Shown in pieces: positions 52,532-64,000 of a stretch of 64,000 nt of DNA. The DNA is taken from positions 494,315 to 558,314 of the forward strand of contig RDEW01000022.1 in NCBI GenBank assembly GCA_011109175.1, given 5' to 3'. Both the position numbers and the translations under genes were made by a program. The notes under the pieces were generated by a model. It had not been told where the DNA came from and did not search any database. It saw only the letters and a list, made by a program, of their open reading frames with translations. Within the stretch, counting starts at the first letter, position 1. Every line of letters begins with the position of its first letter. Source of the DNA: Dicyema japonicum. Its lineage: Eukaryota; Animalia; Dicyemida.

Positions 52532-55485
52532 GGCGTCATGTGATTCACCTTTTGTGGTGGCGCTCAGTATAGTAATACACCAAAAAGAACCATGTGCTCT
52601 TCCCCATCCAGACTCCTTATGCCTGTATGGTATACCTTAACTGGAAACTCGAGATGTTGTTTGTTCCCCTGGATTCTATTGCTTTCTGGAGATATTGAAC
52701 AAAACCCTTGACCAAAACCCCTTGTTATTATTCAACTCAATGCTAACGGAATAAAAACAAAGATTCTGAAGTTACGATGTTTATTAACAAGATTGACATC
52801 TGCCTTATCCAGGAGTCAAAACTGTCTACAAAGAGTACAACCCCACTTTTTCCTGGATACACCTCTATCAGAAAAAGACCACATTGGACGTGGTGGCGGC
52901 TTGCCTACCATTATTAAAAACGGTTTATCCTTCCACGATGTGAGCTTGCAAGTGGATAATTTAATTATACACGACAAGACCGCGGAAAAAATTTCTATTG
53001 ATCTTATCAATGGGTCAGAACATCTTATTTTAATCAACATTTACATTCCACCGCCTGGATCCTGTCCTAATAACTATGTTACAAAGTCGACAAACTACAA
53101 GAAATTCGAAATGAGTTACTATGTGGTGATTTCAACGTCAAACATCCGCAATGGCTCAGTACCCAGTTGGCAGACAAGAGGGGAGTTTAATTATCGACTC
53201 TCTCGAAAAAATGGTGATTCTGAATCATCTGAACACCTTCATACGGACACCAGTACGATTAAATGACAATCCAACCTCCTCCGACATATCCATTCCTTCC
53301 TCTAGGATTGCCCCGAAGATTTCATGGAAAGTCTCTTACGATTTTCATAGTGATCATAATCCGATTATATTAAAACTGAGCCGATTCAATAACTCACGTA
53401 AAATTAAAGCAACCTTCAAAGTCTATAAGAAAGCTGACTGGTAGAATTTCAAGCTCTTCATTGACCATAACCTTATACATTTTGATCCCATCTCATTTTG
53501 CTCCATCGACAAAGCAGTGGACCATCTAAACCATGTAATCCTTCAAGCTGAAAAGTTGTTTGTACCACGTGCAGTCTACAAACCCTACAAGCCTACTCTG
53601 GACTCGGAGACTCGTCTCCTCGTCAAACAAAGAATTTCCCTGAAGATAAATCATCTGCAAACCCCTTCTGATTTGGAAAATATAAAATGCCTAAATCAGA
53701 GAATTACAAAACTCATTAGAGAAAAGAAAGATAGGGCGTGGAACCGCCTATTATCATCTATTTTACATATGAAATCCACGAGTCTTTTATGGAAAACTAT
53801 TCGTCGAATCAAGTTAAACTTATCAGATGATTCAGAATCTTTTCTGCTCCAAATACTGTGCAAGCTAACAACCTAATGAAATATTACGCATCCATAAGTC
53901 ACAAGGACTTATTGAAATCCCATTTTTGTCACCTTCGGAATTTAATGGCTAAACCAACTTCGTGGATCAATTTATTTACGCATTCTGAGGTCACACAGGC
54001 TATAAGATCGATGAAGAGTTTTTATACGTGTGGTCCTGACAGCATTCCGGGAGTTTTGCTAAAACACCTTGGTAATGTTGCAATCAATTCTATTACGTCA
54101 ATTTTTAATTTGTCTTAAACATGAACGTCATCCCATACAAATGGAAGAACTCACTTATAATACCAATCCTAAAACCAGGGAAACCGAAAACCTTACCTTC
54201 TTCCTACCGTCCAATTTCATTAACATGCGCATTATCGCGACTAACGGAGAAACTCGTACTCTGGAAAATTAAACCCCATTTGTCCGACAGCCACTTTCAA
54301 CATGGTTTCAAATGTGAGCGTTCAACTACGACACATTTGACTTCACTGTCTCAATTTATATCAGAAAGGTTCAACGACTCGAAACGCCATCTACGGACAA
54401 TAGTGGTCTCCCTGGACATCCAGAAGGTGTTCGATTCTGTTCTGAGAACATAACTCACGAAAAAAGTTTTTGACACCACCATTCAGCCGGCTTTAAAAAG
54501 ATGAATAACTAATTTTTTTCCGGAAGAAGAGGACGTGTCTGTATAGGACACGGAAGATCGAGGCCTCGTTTCATACAAAATAGGGTCCCTCAAGGATCGC
54601 CCCTCTCTCCGGCATTATTCAATTTATTCCTAAACGATTTACCCTGCTCTGGAGGACTAGATTCAATGTTTCTCACTTATGCTGACAACCTAATCATCGC
54701 TAGCAGAAACAAATACGTGGGTACAGCAAAATTAGAGCTTCAATCAAATATTGACGACCTGGGAGCCTGGTTGAATTTGAATCGTCTCTCCGTATCCAGG
54801 GATAAATCAACGTATACAATTTTTACGACAGATAGAAAAGAAAGACATACACAGGAATTGAACATTTATGAAGACTCTTTACTATTACAGATTCATCCAA
54901 CTATTCTGGGAGTGACTTTCGACCCTTTGATGACATTTTCTCAACATGTGAAGAACGTTATTACAAAGGGTATCAGGAAACTAAATATGATCAAATCGCT
55001 CTTAAAGTCCAGGCCGTTACAGGAATGCGCTGTCGTCTTGTTCAATCAACTTCTAAAACCGACGGTAGAGTATGCTTGTGCCTCATGGGCCTATGGAGCT
55101 TCAATATCCAATTCATACAAGATCAACTCCCTAACAAGCAAACTTGCACGTCTAACAAATCTACTCCCGATTTTTTCCTCCCAATGCTTGACCACGCCGG
55201 AATCAAAAATAACGGCTCCGGCTTCATCGGTCTGTGTGGTCAAGAAACAAGTAGTTTCTTCCATTAAAAGCTAAAAGCCTCAAATACACGAAATTTGGGG
55301 AAAAAACACATCCCTCTTCAAAATCTAATGAAAGATGATCGTCGTTTATTCAGGAAAGCCGTGGGTACTCTGGAGGAACATGGAAAAACCTCTCGATCCT
55401 GTTGAGGCGTACCGGGATCACTTAATTAGTTGGTTTACTCCTTATTTCTTGATGTTCCCTTTTCGGGGTTATTACATGAATAAAA
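52532..55485 (+). mobile_element. Apparently full-length decayed Ingi/Vingi-like LINE: candidate ribozyme, 2A-like motif, APE, RT
   Basis: ILLLSGDIEQNP*P, QLNANG, GDFN, SDHNPI, YRPISL, VPQGSPLSP.LFN, YADN and 3' motif at 55415-55429. No RNase H domain recognised. Confidence 0.85.
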
Positions 55486-55633
55486 TCCTCCTCGATTGTT
55501 TTCTGAACAACTGAAGTTGAAAAGACAGAGAACACGTGAATACAAGAGAATCGACAAAACAAGTGAGTCTTATGTATTAACTTGTATACTATATCAAAGA
55601 GGAATGGTCAATAAAAAAATAAAACAAGATTGT

Positions 55634-55865
55634 GCTCCTCATGATAGCATAGTGGTTAGGTGTTGGTCTAAGTGGCTTAGGTCACGGGTTCAATTCTCGC
55701 TGCTGTTCACCTGGTGGAAGGTTCCACGCATCTACGATGCTAAAAGGCTTGACGAGTGACGCCGTCATCAGTGCTGATTCACTGCGGAACTGGATAGTCT
55801 AAAAGGACATACACTACGATTAGTTATAATAACTGTTCTTTACTTAAATAAAGTGTGTGTTCTGC
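55634..55865 (+). mobile_element. tRNA-derived SINE with intact head
   Basis: A-box TAGCATAGTGG (55645-55655) and B-box-like GGTTCAATTCT (55687-55697). Body matches the reverse complement of 14040-14300. Confidence 0.85.
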
Positions 55866-57084
55866 ATGAGCGAAACCCTAGGCATTTTACGTGCTTATGG
55901 AAACGCGGGAGTGCTTACTTTTTTTACTCCTCATGAGATTATAAAATTATGAAACAATTTCGGAAAATTAGTGATAACTCATATATTTAAACATTATGAC
56001 CAGATAATTCATAGCCAACATAATGTAAAAACAATTTGTCCTTATAGTAAAATAATTCCTGAATATCTGAAAATTCTTATTAAGAGAGTTGGAAGATCGG
56101 TAGAATCTTGAGAAGGGAGAATATGATTATTATTTATTGAAGATGGTTTAATAAGCACACTTTCGAATAATTAAATTCATATAATTATTTAAGACGTAAA
56201 GCATAACAATTAGTGACATTTTAATTAATTTATTATGTCACAATGTACAAGTAGCATATAATAAACGTGTTGGGTGGTTAGTATAGTAAATAAAAATCTA
56301 GATTGTTCCTGTTCCAAACTTTAAGATTTGTAAAGTTATGGCAGGACATCATAATAGTCTGAAAAATACTTTTTATTAGGTTCTTCTGATTCTTTATTTG
56401 CACTAAAATGACATAGTATCATGTGGTAAATACTAAAAAAGTTTATTGGTCATATAATTTATTAAATTTAATTTTTTGAAAAAAAAACAATTTATTACTT
56501 AACAAGTCAATCAAAATAATCCAAATGATAGGATTTCCCCTGACAACTACCAAAGAAATCTTTGGAACAGCCAGTATGTTTCCCGTCGCTCATTACTCAA
56601 CTTCGATATCATTGACCCAAATTATCTTAGAAAAGAGTCAGTCTTGGACCCAAAGACTCCATTCGTCTCGACAACAACGGCTGTACATGTAATCTGGTGG
56701 AGAGGCTGTCGTATTTTTTATATTGAAATATTTGAAAGTCCGAGCAGCCTCCCCAGCTTTCAACGCGGAACAATCGAGTTCCGACAGGGAAAAAGTGTCA
56801 TGCAGGCCCCATCAAAAATCAAATTTCCTCCAAGAGAAGGGTAAAAAAGTTACCCCGTCCGGGCGCTTTCCATCTCCACGATCGAGAAGGGCGTCCAGTT
56901 CCAGAAGGAAACCAATTGACGATGATGGGAATGTGTTCAACCAAGCATCGACGTGGGGGAAAGGATGACATAATGTTAAATTTAATTATAATAATAAATA
57001 ATAAAATATTTAAATATTTAAATTGGTTATTAATGGGTTATTAAAATTGTAAATTTCAGGAGTTAATAAAAACGCCAAAAATGA

Positions 57085-57850
57085 TATGGATAGTATAATA
57101 GCCAATCAGAAATCACAAATATCTGCCTTAGAACATCGTTTAGAGAAAAGTGACGAATTCTCCATCAAGAACTCGCAAAAATAAAACAGGACTTTAACGA
57201 TTAACTATTATCAGTAAAATTGTCATTAATTCATAGTACAAAGACCTCATTGACAAACTCAACGAGGAAAACTCAACTTTGTTCTCTAAAGTCTCTTCCT
57301 ATGAACAGAGACTCGCAGATCTAACTGAAATGAACTCTCAGCAGTGCCAACAACTCAAAAGTGCCATAATAAGCGCCAGTAAACTCACAATCGACTTGGA
57401 AGAGTCTAATTCTCAGAACCAGTCTCTCAGTAACGACTTAGAGGAGCTCAAAATGGCTGTTCAGTCAAAAAGCAAACTATTTTCTCAGACCATTAGCAAA
57501 CTGGATCAGTTAGAGGATGAATTATCCTCTGAGAAAGACCAAAACACAGAATTGAGAAAGAAAAGAGTATGGTGGAGCAGGGATTGACCGAAACCAGAAA
57601 TTTGGTGTCTAAAATGCAGATAGATGCGGAAATACAGGAAGAAATGTGTCAGAAACCTTAAAGACCAGATCAAGGAACTAAATACGAGCATTCTAGTTAT
57701 GAATGAAGATATGGAAGTCAAAAGTAGACTTTGTGAGTATCTTAATTCCCAGATGTCAAGCTCACGAGGGTTAATTTATGACATTATAGAACAAAAACTT
57801 ATCGACTGAAACTTCTTCGAAAAATATATTGCCGTTCTTGTCAAAAACAA
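57085..57850 (+). pseudogene. Coiled-coil protein gene of unknown family, possibly disabled
   Basis: Heptad-rich ORFs at 57279-57587 and 57624-57809, linked by candidate short introns. Upstream exon-like segment contains stops. Confidence 0.4.
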
Positions 57851-58065
57851 ATAAATCACGTTTATTATGTTCCACTATAGTTTATGTTTTGATAAAAATG
57901 TCCACTTTATTTCAACAGATTCATTCATAACCACTGATTGTACAAGTGACTTTAAGTTTTTGTTCTTGATGCCCATTTCGCGGAAAATTGCAAGTCAATA
58001 CACCTTACAGTCTTCTAACATATTCTCCATGAAGCACATTTCATAATTTCGTAGCACAATGATCA

Positions 58066-59180
58066 ACCGTGGTTGAGGTTGTTGACGCATATCAAATTGA
58101 ACTAATGTCTTTTTCACTCTCTTCAAACTCTCTGTTCACGATGGCATCCTTCAACGTTCGAGGACTAAACTCGTTCGTCAAAGGATGTCACTCTGGCAGG
58201 ATCTGAAACAATAAAACATTACTATCTGCAAAAGACCAAAGTCAAAGAAGGATTTAAAAACAAAATGCTGACGACCTTATCTCGCTTCCTTCGTACTGTC
58301 ACCACTACGGAATGGGCGTTGCGGTGGATGTCAGACTCCTGGAATATATAAAAAGAATGTGGAAATTGAATGACAGAATTTGCATTTGGAAACTGGATTT
58401 ACTCTACAATTATAAATGTATATGCACCTACATCTCCATAAATCTCTAAAAACCCAACGGAACTGGATGACTTTTACAGTTCACTATCCACAACCCTTAT
58501 GGAAATATCCACGAGCTATCTACTTCACACAAGTGGAGATTGGAACGCGAAGATCGGAAAAGGGGCTCGAGTATTGAGCTTCATGGGTACCCATGGAGAG
58601 GTCGGAGGATCATATCTGTAGCAACTATGGCCAACTTCGCGATTCATTTGCAATACAGCATTCCAGCAAGCTGTAAGCCAGATCACGATTTGGACTGGAG
58701 AACACTGAGACTCAGATAGACATGCAATCAAAATATATAACCAAATTGACTACATTCTGTGTCGACAATCACAGAAAGACCTACTCTCGGATGCCCGAAC
58801 ATGTGGAGAAACACTAACATCGAATGACCATTAACTATTGGTAATCATTTCTCTCATAAAGAGAATATTTTGGAATAACAGTGTCAAAAACAAACACAGA
58901 GAAGTTAGATACGCAGTCGAAATCTTAAGAGATTATCATTTCAACAGAAATAACTATTCAGTTAAAATATCATAAAGCATAGAACCATTCAATTTCAGTA
59001 TACCTGCTGGAAGTTAATTGAGTAAACTCGTAAACAAAATAAAATCAGTGGCTAATTACATGATTGGGACAATTCCCAAAACATTTAAAGGAATACACGA
59101 CCCACATATAGATCACCTATCCCATTTACAAAAGCATCTACGTATCAAATGCATGAACACCCACAACCAAGTGAATGAAT
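58066..59180 (+). mobile_element. RTE-like LINE 5' part (APE)
   Basis: ASFNVRG, INVYAP, GDWNAKIG, NQIDYIL and SNDH. Confidence 0.82.
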
Positions 59181-59299
59181 ATGCATTGTCTCTACTATAT
59201 TGGATTGGTTAATATTAAACCAAATGAGTTTGTAAATATAGCTTATTCGATTGTCCATAAGAATGAGTGTATGCTGTATAGTTTCTGACTGATATGGAA

Positions 59300-59850
59300 A
59301 GAAAATTGGATATTACGCTAAGAAAGATGGAATCTTGCGAGTCTTGAAAACAAAGATAACTCATATGAAACGCAACAAAATAAACCAGACATTTTCGTGT
59401 ATGACAAAATGAAGAATGAGATTGTGATTATAGAAGTTGGAATCACATCACAAGAAATACTCAAGCATACAGAAATGGAAAAGCTACACAAGTATGACTT
59501 GCTCGATGGAGAAATGAGCATGCTATACGACGTACCTGTGAGAATAATTCCTGTGGTTTTGACATGGGATTATCTTTACGTGCTGCAGAAATCATTTGAA
59601 AGCTCTGTCGATTGATGTACCAATAAGAGTTTATATTTAATCGATGGTGTTAAAGAAGACACTAGAAAGTATTAACGAGCACAAACATGAAGTCAAGACA
59701 CCAATTGACGAAATCCTTTACGCGTCGAGGCGACTGGAAGAGGGGACATAACATTATCAAAGCGGCAGACCCATAGTCCGAGGAGGAAGTGGAAGTCAGG
59801 CTGGTGAAGATTCTCGTAAAAGGAGAAGGATTTATTAGTTTAGTATAATC
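59300..59850 (+). mobile_element. R4/NeSL-like restriction-like endonuclease C-terminal fragment
   Basis: KPDIFVYDK...IIEVGIT...EKLHKY...IIPVVL, a PD-(D/E)xK-type RLE signature. Confidence 0.7.
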
Positions 59851-60369
59851 ATAGTTGTTTCACAATATATAAACTTAATGAGGAACTATTATTTAGAACC
59901 AATATATGTTTAGATAAACCTCCATTATAACTTTAGAACTCTTAGCCACTTCCATTGAATATTTAGTCTGCAAGAATTGAGGGGCGTCCTCGTGCAACTA
60001 TGAGCATCCAATTCTATGCCTTACATGCGGTTGTGTGGTAAGTTGACCACCCACAATAATTTTCTTTGTCATTTAATTAACTCTTCAAACTCATTGATTC
60101 GACTTGCAGGATTTTGGTCTATTTATTTAACGAAAAATGGGAAATGACCAGTGTCCTAGTTGCATCCAAATAGGTCAACTGACCGTACAAATTGTAAATA
60201 GATAGTGGATACAAATTGTTTTTAAAAGTTTTTGTGATAATTTATGTTCTTCATCACTGTTGACACCCTATTTTCCACATATTTGGCGAAAGTTCGTGAT
60301 CAAGTCACAGGATGTTTAGTATATTATAAGCAGTTATCTCCTAATGGTTATAACTAAACATATGTATTA

Positions 60370-62506
60370 ATTAGCCTCTTCCATCCTCCATGGTTACACG
60401 AAATCGATTTCAGCTCGTCCACATCGTCTCTCGTCTTTAGGTACTTCCTCACTCTTTGGAGGTCTTTGTGCGGTTTGATAGGGAGTGTTATCCTATGTCA
60501 GTCACGGAAGCATTTCCCCTCGAACATGAAATGATCCTCTATCGCCACATTCGCAGAGGCAACGAATCCGATGTAGCCAAACAGATTCCACCGGGCGTCA
60601 GTGATGTGTCATGCTTAGAGGCCTACTCATATATTTGTATAAATTCCAGCATTTGAGATCCTGACAGGCCAATTCATGCTAAAGATTTGTTTCACATGCG
60701 CATCCGTAGGTTAACATCAAGTCCCTTTAGAATCTTTGTTGTGACTGGAATAATCTTAAGAAGGATTCTGCTGTAGTCAATGTTGTAATCGATTCGAAAA
60801 ATCTAGTTAGTTAAGTAACCCCATTTGGAAAATCTAAAACGGGAGATAATAAACATAATAATTAAACATCAAACACAGTGTCATAATATGAGTCTTCAAT
60901 ACATGATAATTCACGATTATGTTAACTAAGAGCTTTATCTCTTATATTATCCAGACTCGAATAAAACCCTTCAATATTGAATAGATTAGACAGTCCTGAT
61001 TAGACAGGTGCTTCAAGTATTTGCCTGTGTGAGTGGTCCACTGAAGTCAATAGTTTTTCAAAATTTTCTATTTTCCGTGATTGCTCCTTTCTTCTGTTTA
61101 TNTAGCTTATATTTCTAGAATCCCGATAGATCTCTCAACCAGGCAACGGTGTCACAGAATTCTCTGCATAAGATGAGACGGGAACTAAATTAACAGGAGA
61201 TGAGTGGACATGACCTCCAACTAAAACGCTATTAAAACTGCACAGAAGTGAATGAATTCCATAATCGACCGTAATTTGACTCAATAATGCTTAGAAAATG
61301 GGCATCAGTTCATTTCAGGTTCCTCTTTGGGATACATGAAGGAACTGGCGTAATGGAACAAAGTCCCACAAGACTGGATGAAAGTCTCGACCAAGATCCC
61401 TAATTGACCAGAGAAGCACACTTCCAACTACGAAGTTGAAACACGAGCTGATCAAAGCGATCCAAGACAACCAGATTCTGATAGTAATCGGGGACACAGG
61501 CTCAGGAAAGTCGACCCAGATAACACAGTACTGACAAGAGGCCGGTTATACCGTTTATGGGAAAATTGGATGCACATAGCCTCGTAGAGTAGCTGCAATG
61601 TCCATGTCTAACGAGTCTTAGAAGAGTTGGGTCTAGATTGGGCAAGGAACTTATATTTTGGTGATTAATCATTCAGATTGGTTGTACTATTCGATTTGAT
61701 GATTTTACCTCTAAGGACGCCAAGATTAAGTACCTAGCTGACGGAATGTTGCTGAGAGATGCAGGATTTACTTTAAAATGGCGCAGTATTCCGTTATCAT
61801 GCTGGAAAATAACTCACGAGCGAACATTGATGTTGTGTTTGGACTCCCGAAGGTTGCTGGAAGGGTACGAAGTTGATTGTAACCTCTGCAACGTTGGATT
61901 CTGCTAAATTTTCCAAGTATTTCTACCATCCGTGAGCTTTGTGACTTATTTAGCCGATTTACACAATCCCTGGAGGATGGAGTCATTTTCAGCACGAAGG
62001 CTGATTCCGTTTACCTCGATGATTCTTTAATCACCGCAATGGAGATCCTCCTAAAGGAAAAACCTGGTATTTTTTAAACTTTATTGTTCTAGTTGACATT
62101 TTTCTGTTTTTAAAAGAGCATGAAAAAATTGACACTGGATGTTAGATTTATTACTATTGGATGCTGACGTTTAATGCCAATTTCCCGGAAATGATTATGT
62201 TCCGGTCTTTGGGGCCCTCTCTGCGGAATTTCAAGCCAGAATATTCTAATTACTCCCATTGGCTCTAGAAAGGTAGTTTTTGATAGAAACCTGTAGATTG
62301 TAGTAGCAACTAACATTTCGGAGACATCACTGACAATTAACTGATTTTTTACGTCGTTGATCCCTGCTTTGTAAAGCAGTGGATTTAAAATCCAAAAAAA
62401 ACGTCATGGACCAGCTGAAAGTCAATGCAATAGCCAAGTGACAGGCGAAGCAACTGGCGCGGCGATTTGAGAGAACTGGTCCAAGGAAGTGCTTCAGATT
62501 ATAGAC
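60370..62506 (+). pseudogene. DHX8: DHX8/PRP22 DEAH helicase, unprocessed pseudogene truncated by a hAT insertion
   Basis: [50 protein letters not shown] and KCFRL. Stops at 61532-61534 and 61577-61579, decayed DEAH box, intron remnants retained. The 5' boundary is approximate. Confidence 0.88.
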
Positions 62507-64000
62507 CAGAGGTTGTCAAACGGTGTGCCGCCTGCCAAATACAAATTTGAATAAATTTATATACATTTTTTGACCTAATTAATTTAAAAAGATAAATAAA
62601 TTAAAATAATCATTTTTTTTATTATATATTAAATGACATTTACATTGGTTAACCATTATTTAATAATTTTTTAATAACGTGCGCATCAACGTGGTTATGG
62701 GTAAATCAGTTCGTCGTTCTTATAAAGATTCTTATTTGTCATTTGGATTTATATGCATAGATAAAAATAAACTACCTCAATGTCTAATTTGTATGGAAGT
62801 CTTGGCAAATGATGCTATGGTTCCTAGCAAACTAAAGAGACATTTTACTTCCAAGCATCCGGACTATTCCGAAAAATCTGTGGATTATTTTATCCATTTG
62901 AAAAAACAACACAAGTATTATTTAGTTTTTACTATGAATCGTAGATCTAGTCAAATGATGTTCAGTGAAACTTTTGTAAACACAAAGGAATCATTGAAAT
63001 GTTCATACCTGATTTCAGAATTGATAGCAAAACAACTAAAACCTCACACTATTGGCGAAAACTTGATAATCCCTGCTTGTCGTATTATTGCTCGGACAAT
63101 GTTTGGTCATAAATATGAACAAAAAATAATGAAGATACCTTTGTCAAATAACACTGTTTCTCGTCGGATTTGTGCTTTGTCGGATAATATTGCAAGTATG
63201 CAAGGAGGTTCTGAGACTATTTTATCGTCGACGGACAAATTAAATTCTTTGAAAATGAAAATCAGTTTTTGGAGAAAAAGGGTTTTAGATGGCGATTATA
63301 CTATGTTTCCTAATACGAATGGTTTATTTTATATTTTAATTATAATAAGGATATAATGGTGAATCGATACAGGGACTGATTAATGAATATTTAATAATTT
63401 TGGAAAACAAAATGGATGCTTGCTTATTTTCCAGACTTAGAAATTGAAAAATTCGATTGGGTTATTATTTTTTAAATATTTTTTAGATATTTTTTAGATA
63501 CGAAATCCTTTTCTTGTGTCAGAATCAAAACACTTATCTGTTAAAGAAAATGAAGAACTTATTGCACTGTTTAATGATCGATCTTTAAAATTAATGATGA
63601 CGGAGTTAGACATTGGAGAATTCTGGATATATATTCGAAACATATATCCCAGTTTATCAAAACAAGCACTGACCATAATTTTACAGTTCTCAACGACCTA
63701 TTTATGCAAAACAGGTTTTTCTACGCTGCATAATATGAAATATAACAAACGTGAAAGTTTGAGAAACATTGATGCTGAAATGCGGGTGGCTTTGTCAACC
63801 ATTCGACCTGATATTGATGATATATGCAAAAACAATAATAATTAAGATTTCATTTTTATTATTAATAAAAATTTGGGGATTAAATTCTCAATTTTTGTAC
63901 TTAGTTTTACACATCTTAAAAATTTAATTTTTTAATGTGTGCCGTGGATTATTTTTTTTACGATTAGTGTGCCGCGGGAATTATTTTTTGAAAAGCTCTG
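62507..64000 (+). mobile_element. hAT Buster-type (ZBED5/SPIN-like) transposon, internally deleted, with micro-introns
   Basis: TIRs CAGAGGTTGTCAAA (62507) and TTTGAAAAGCTCTG (ends 64000), with GTGTGCCG subterminal repeats. BED finger PQCLIC...LKRH...H, KPHTIGE, PLSNNTVSRRI and FSTTYLC..GFS. Confidence 0.92.

Noticed and set aside
55634-55705. tRNA gene
   Set aside because: No acceptor stem or proper anticodon arm; it runs directly into a repeated SINE body.
56520-56970. Possible small host gene (Ser/Arg-rich ORFs)
   Set aside because: No recognisable domain and no consistent spliced model could be built.
58066-59850. Dualen-like element encoding both APE and RLE
   Set aside because: No RT lies between the two parts and they resemble different clades; more likely adjacent fragments.

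Overview
AT-rich eukaryotic (animal) genomic DNA from a draft assembly, with one N-gap and several single n's. Five intact host genes are present: a KIF21-like kinesin-4, pyridoxal kinase, mitochondrial ClpP, an alpha-type nicotinic acetylcholine receptor subunit and Dim1/TXNL4A. There is also a disabled DHX8/PRP22 copy. Nearly all introns I could delimit in the host genes are only 21-27 nt, which suggests a dicyemid or a similar tiny-intron animal; this is an inference. Most of the remaining DNA is nested, decayed transposons: RTE-like LINEs, I-group/Ingi-like LINEs, CRE-like and R4-like RLE retroelements, a tRNA-derived SINE, and hAT, Tc1, pogo/Tigger, MULE and Ginger-like DNA transposons. 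The strongest leads are: (1) a head-to-head SINE/U2-snRNA chimera inside one 17-bp target-site duplication; (2) an nAChR with Gln at the normally invariant M2 9' Leu gate; (3) DNA transposases that carry host-type micro-introns; (4) LINEs with a 2A-like StopGo motif preceded by a candidate HDV-like ribozyme; (5) a SINE sharing its 3' tail with a resident RTE LINE. Coordinates were counted by hand, and boundaries of decayed elements are approximate.
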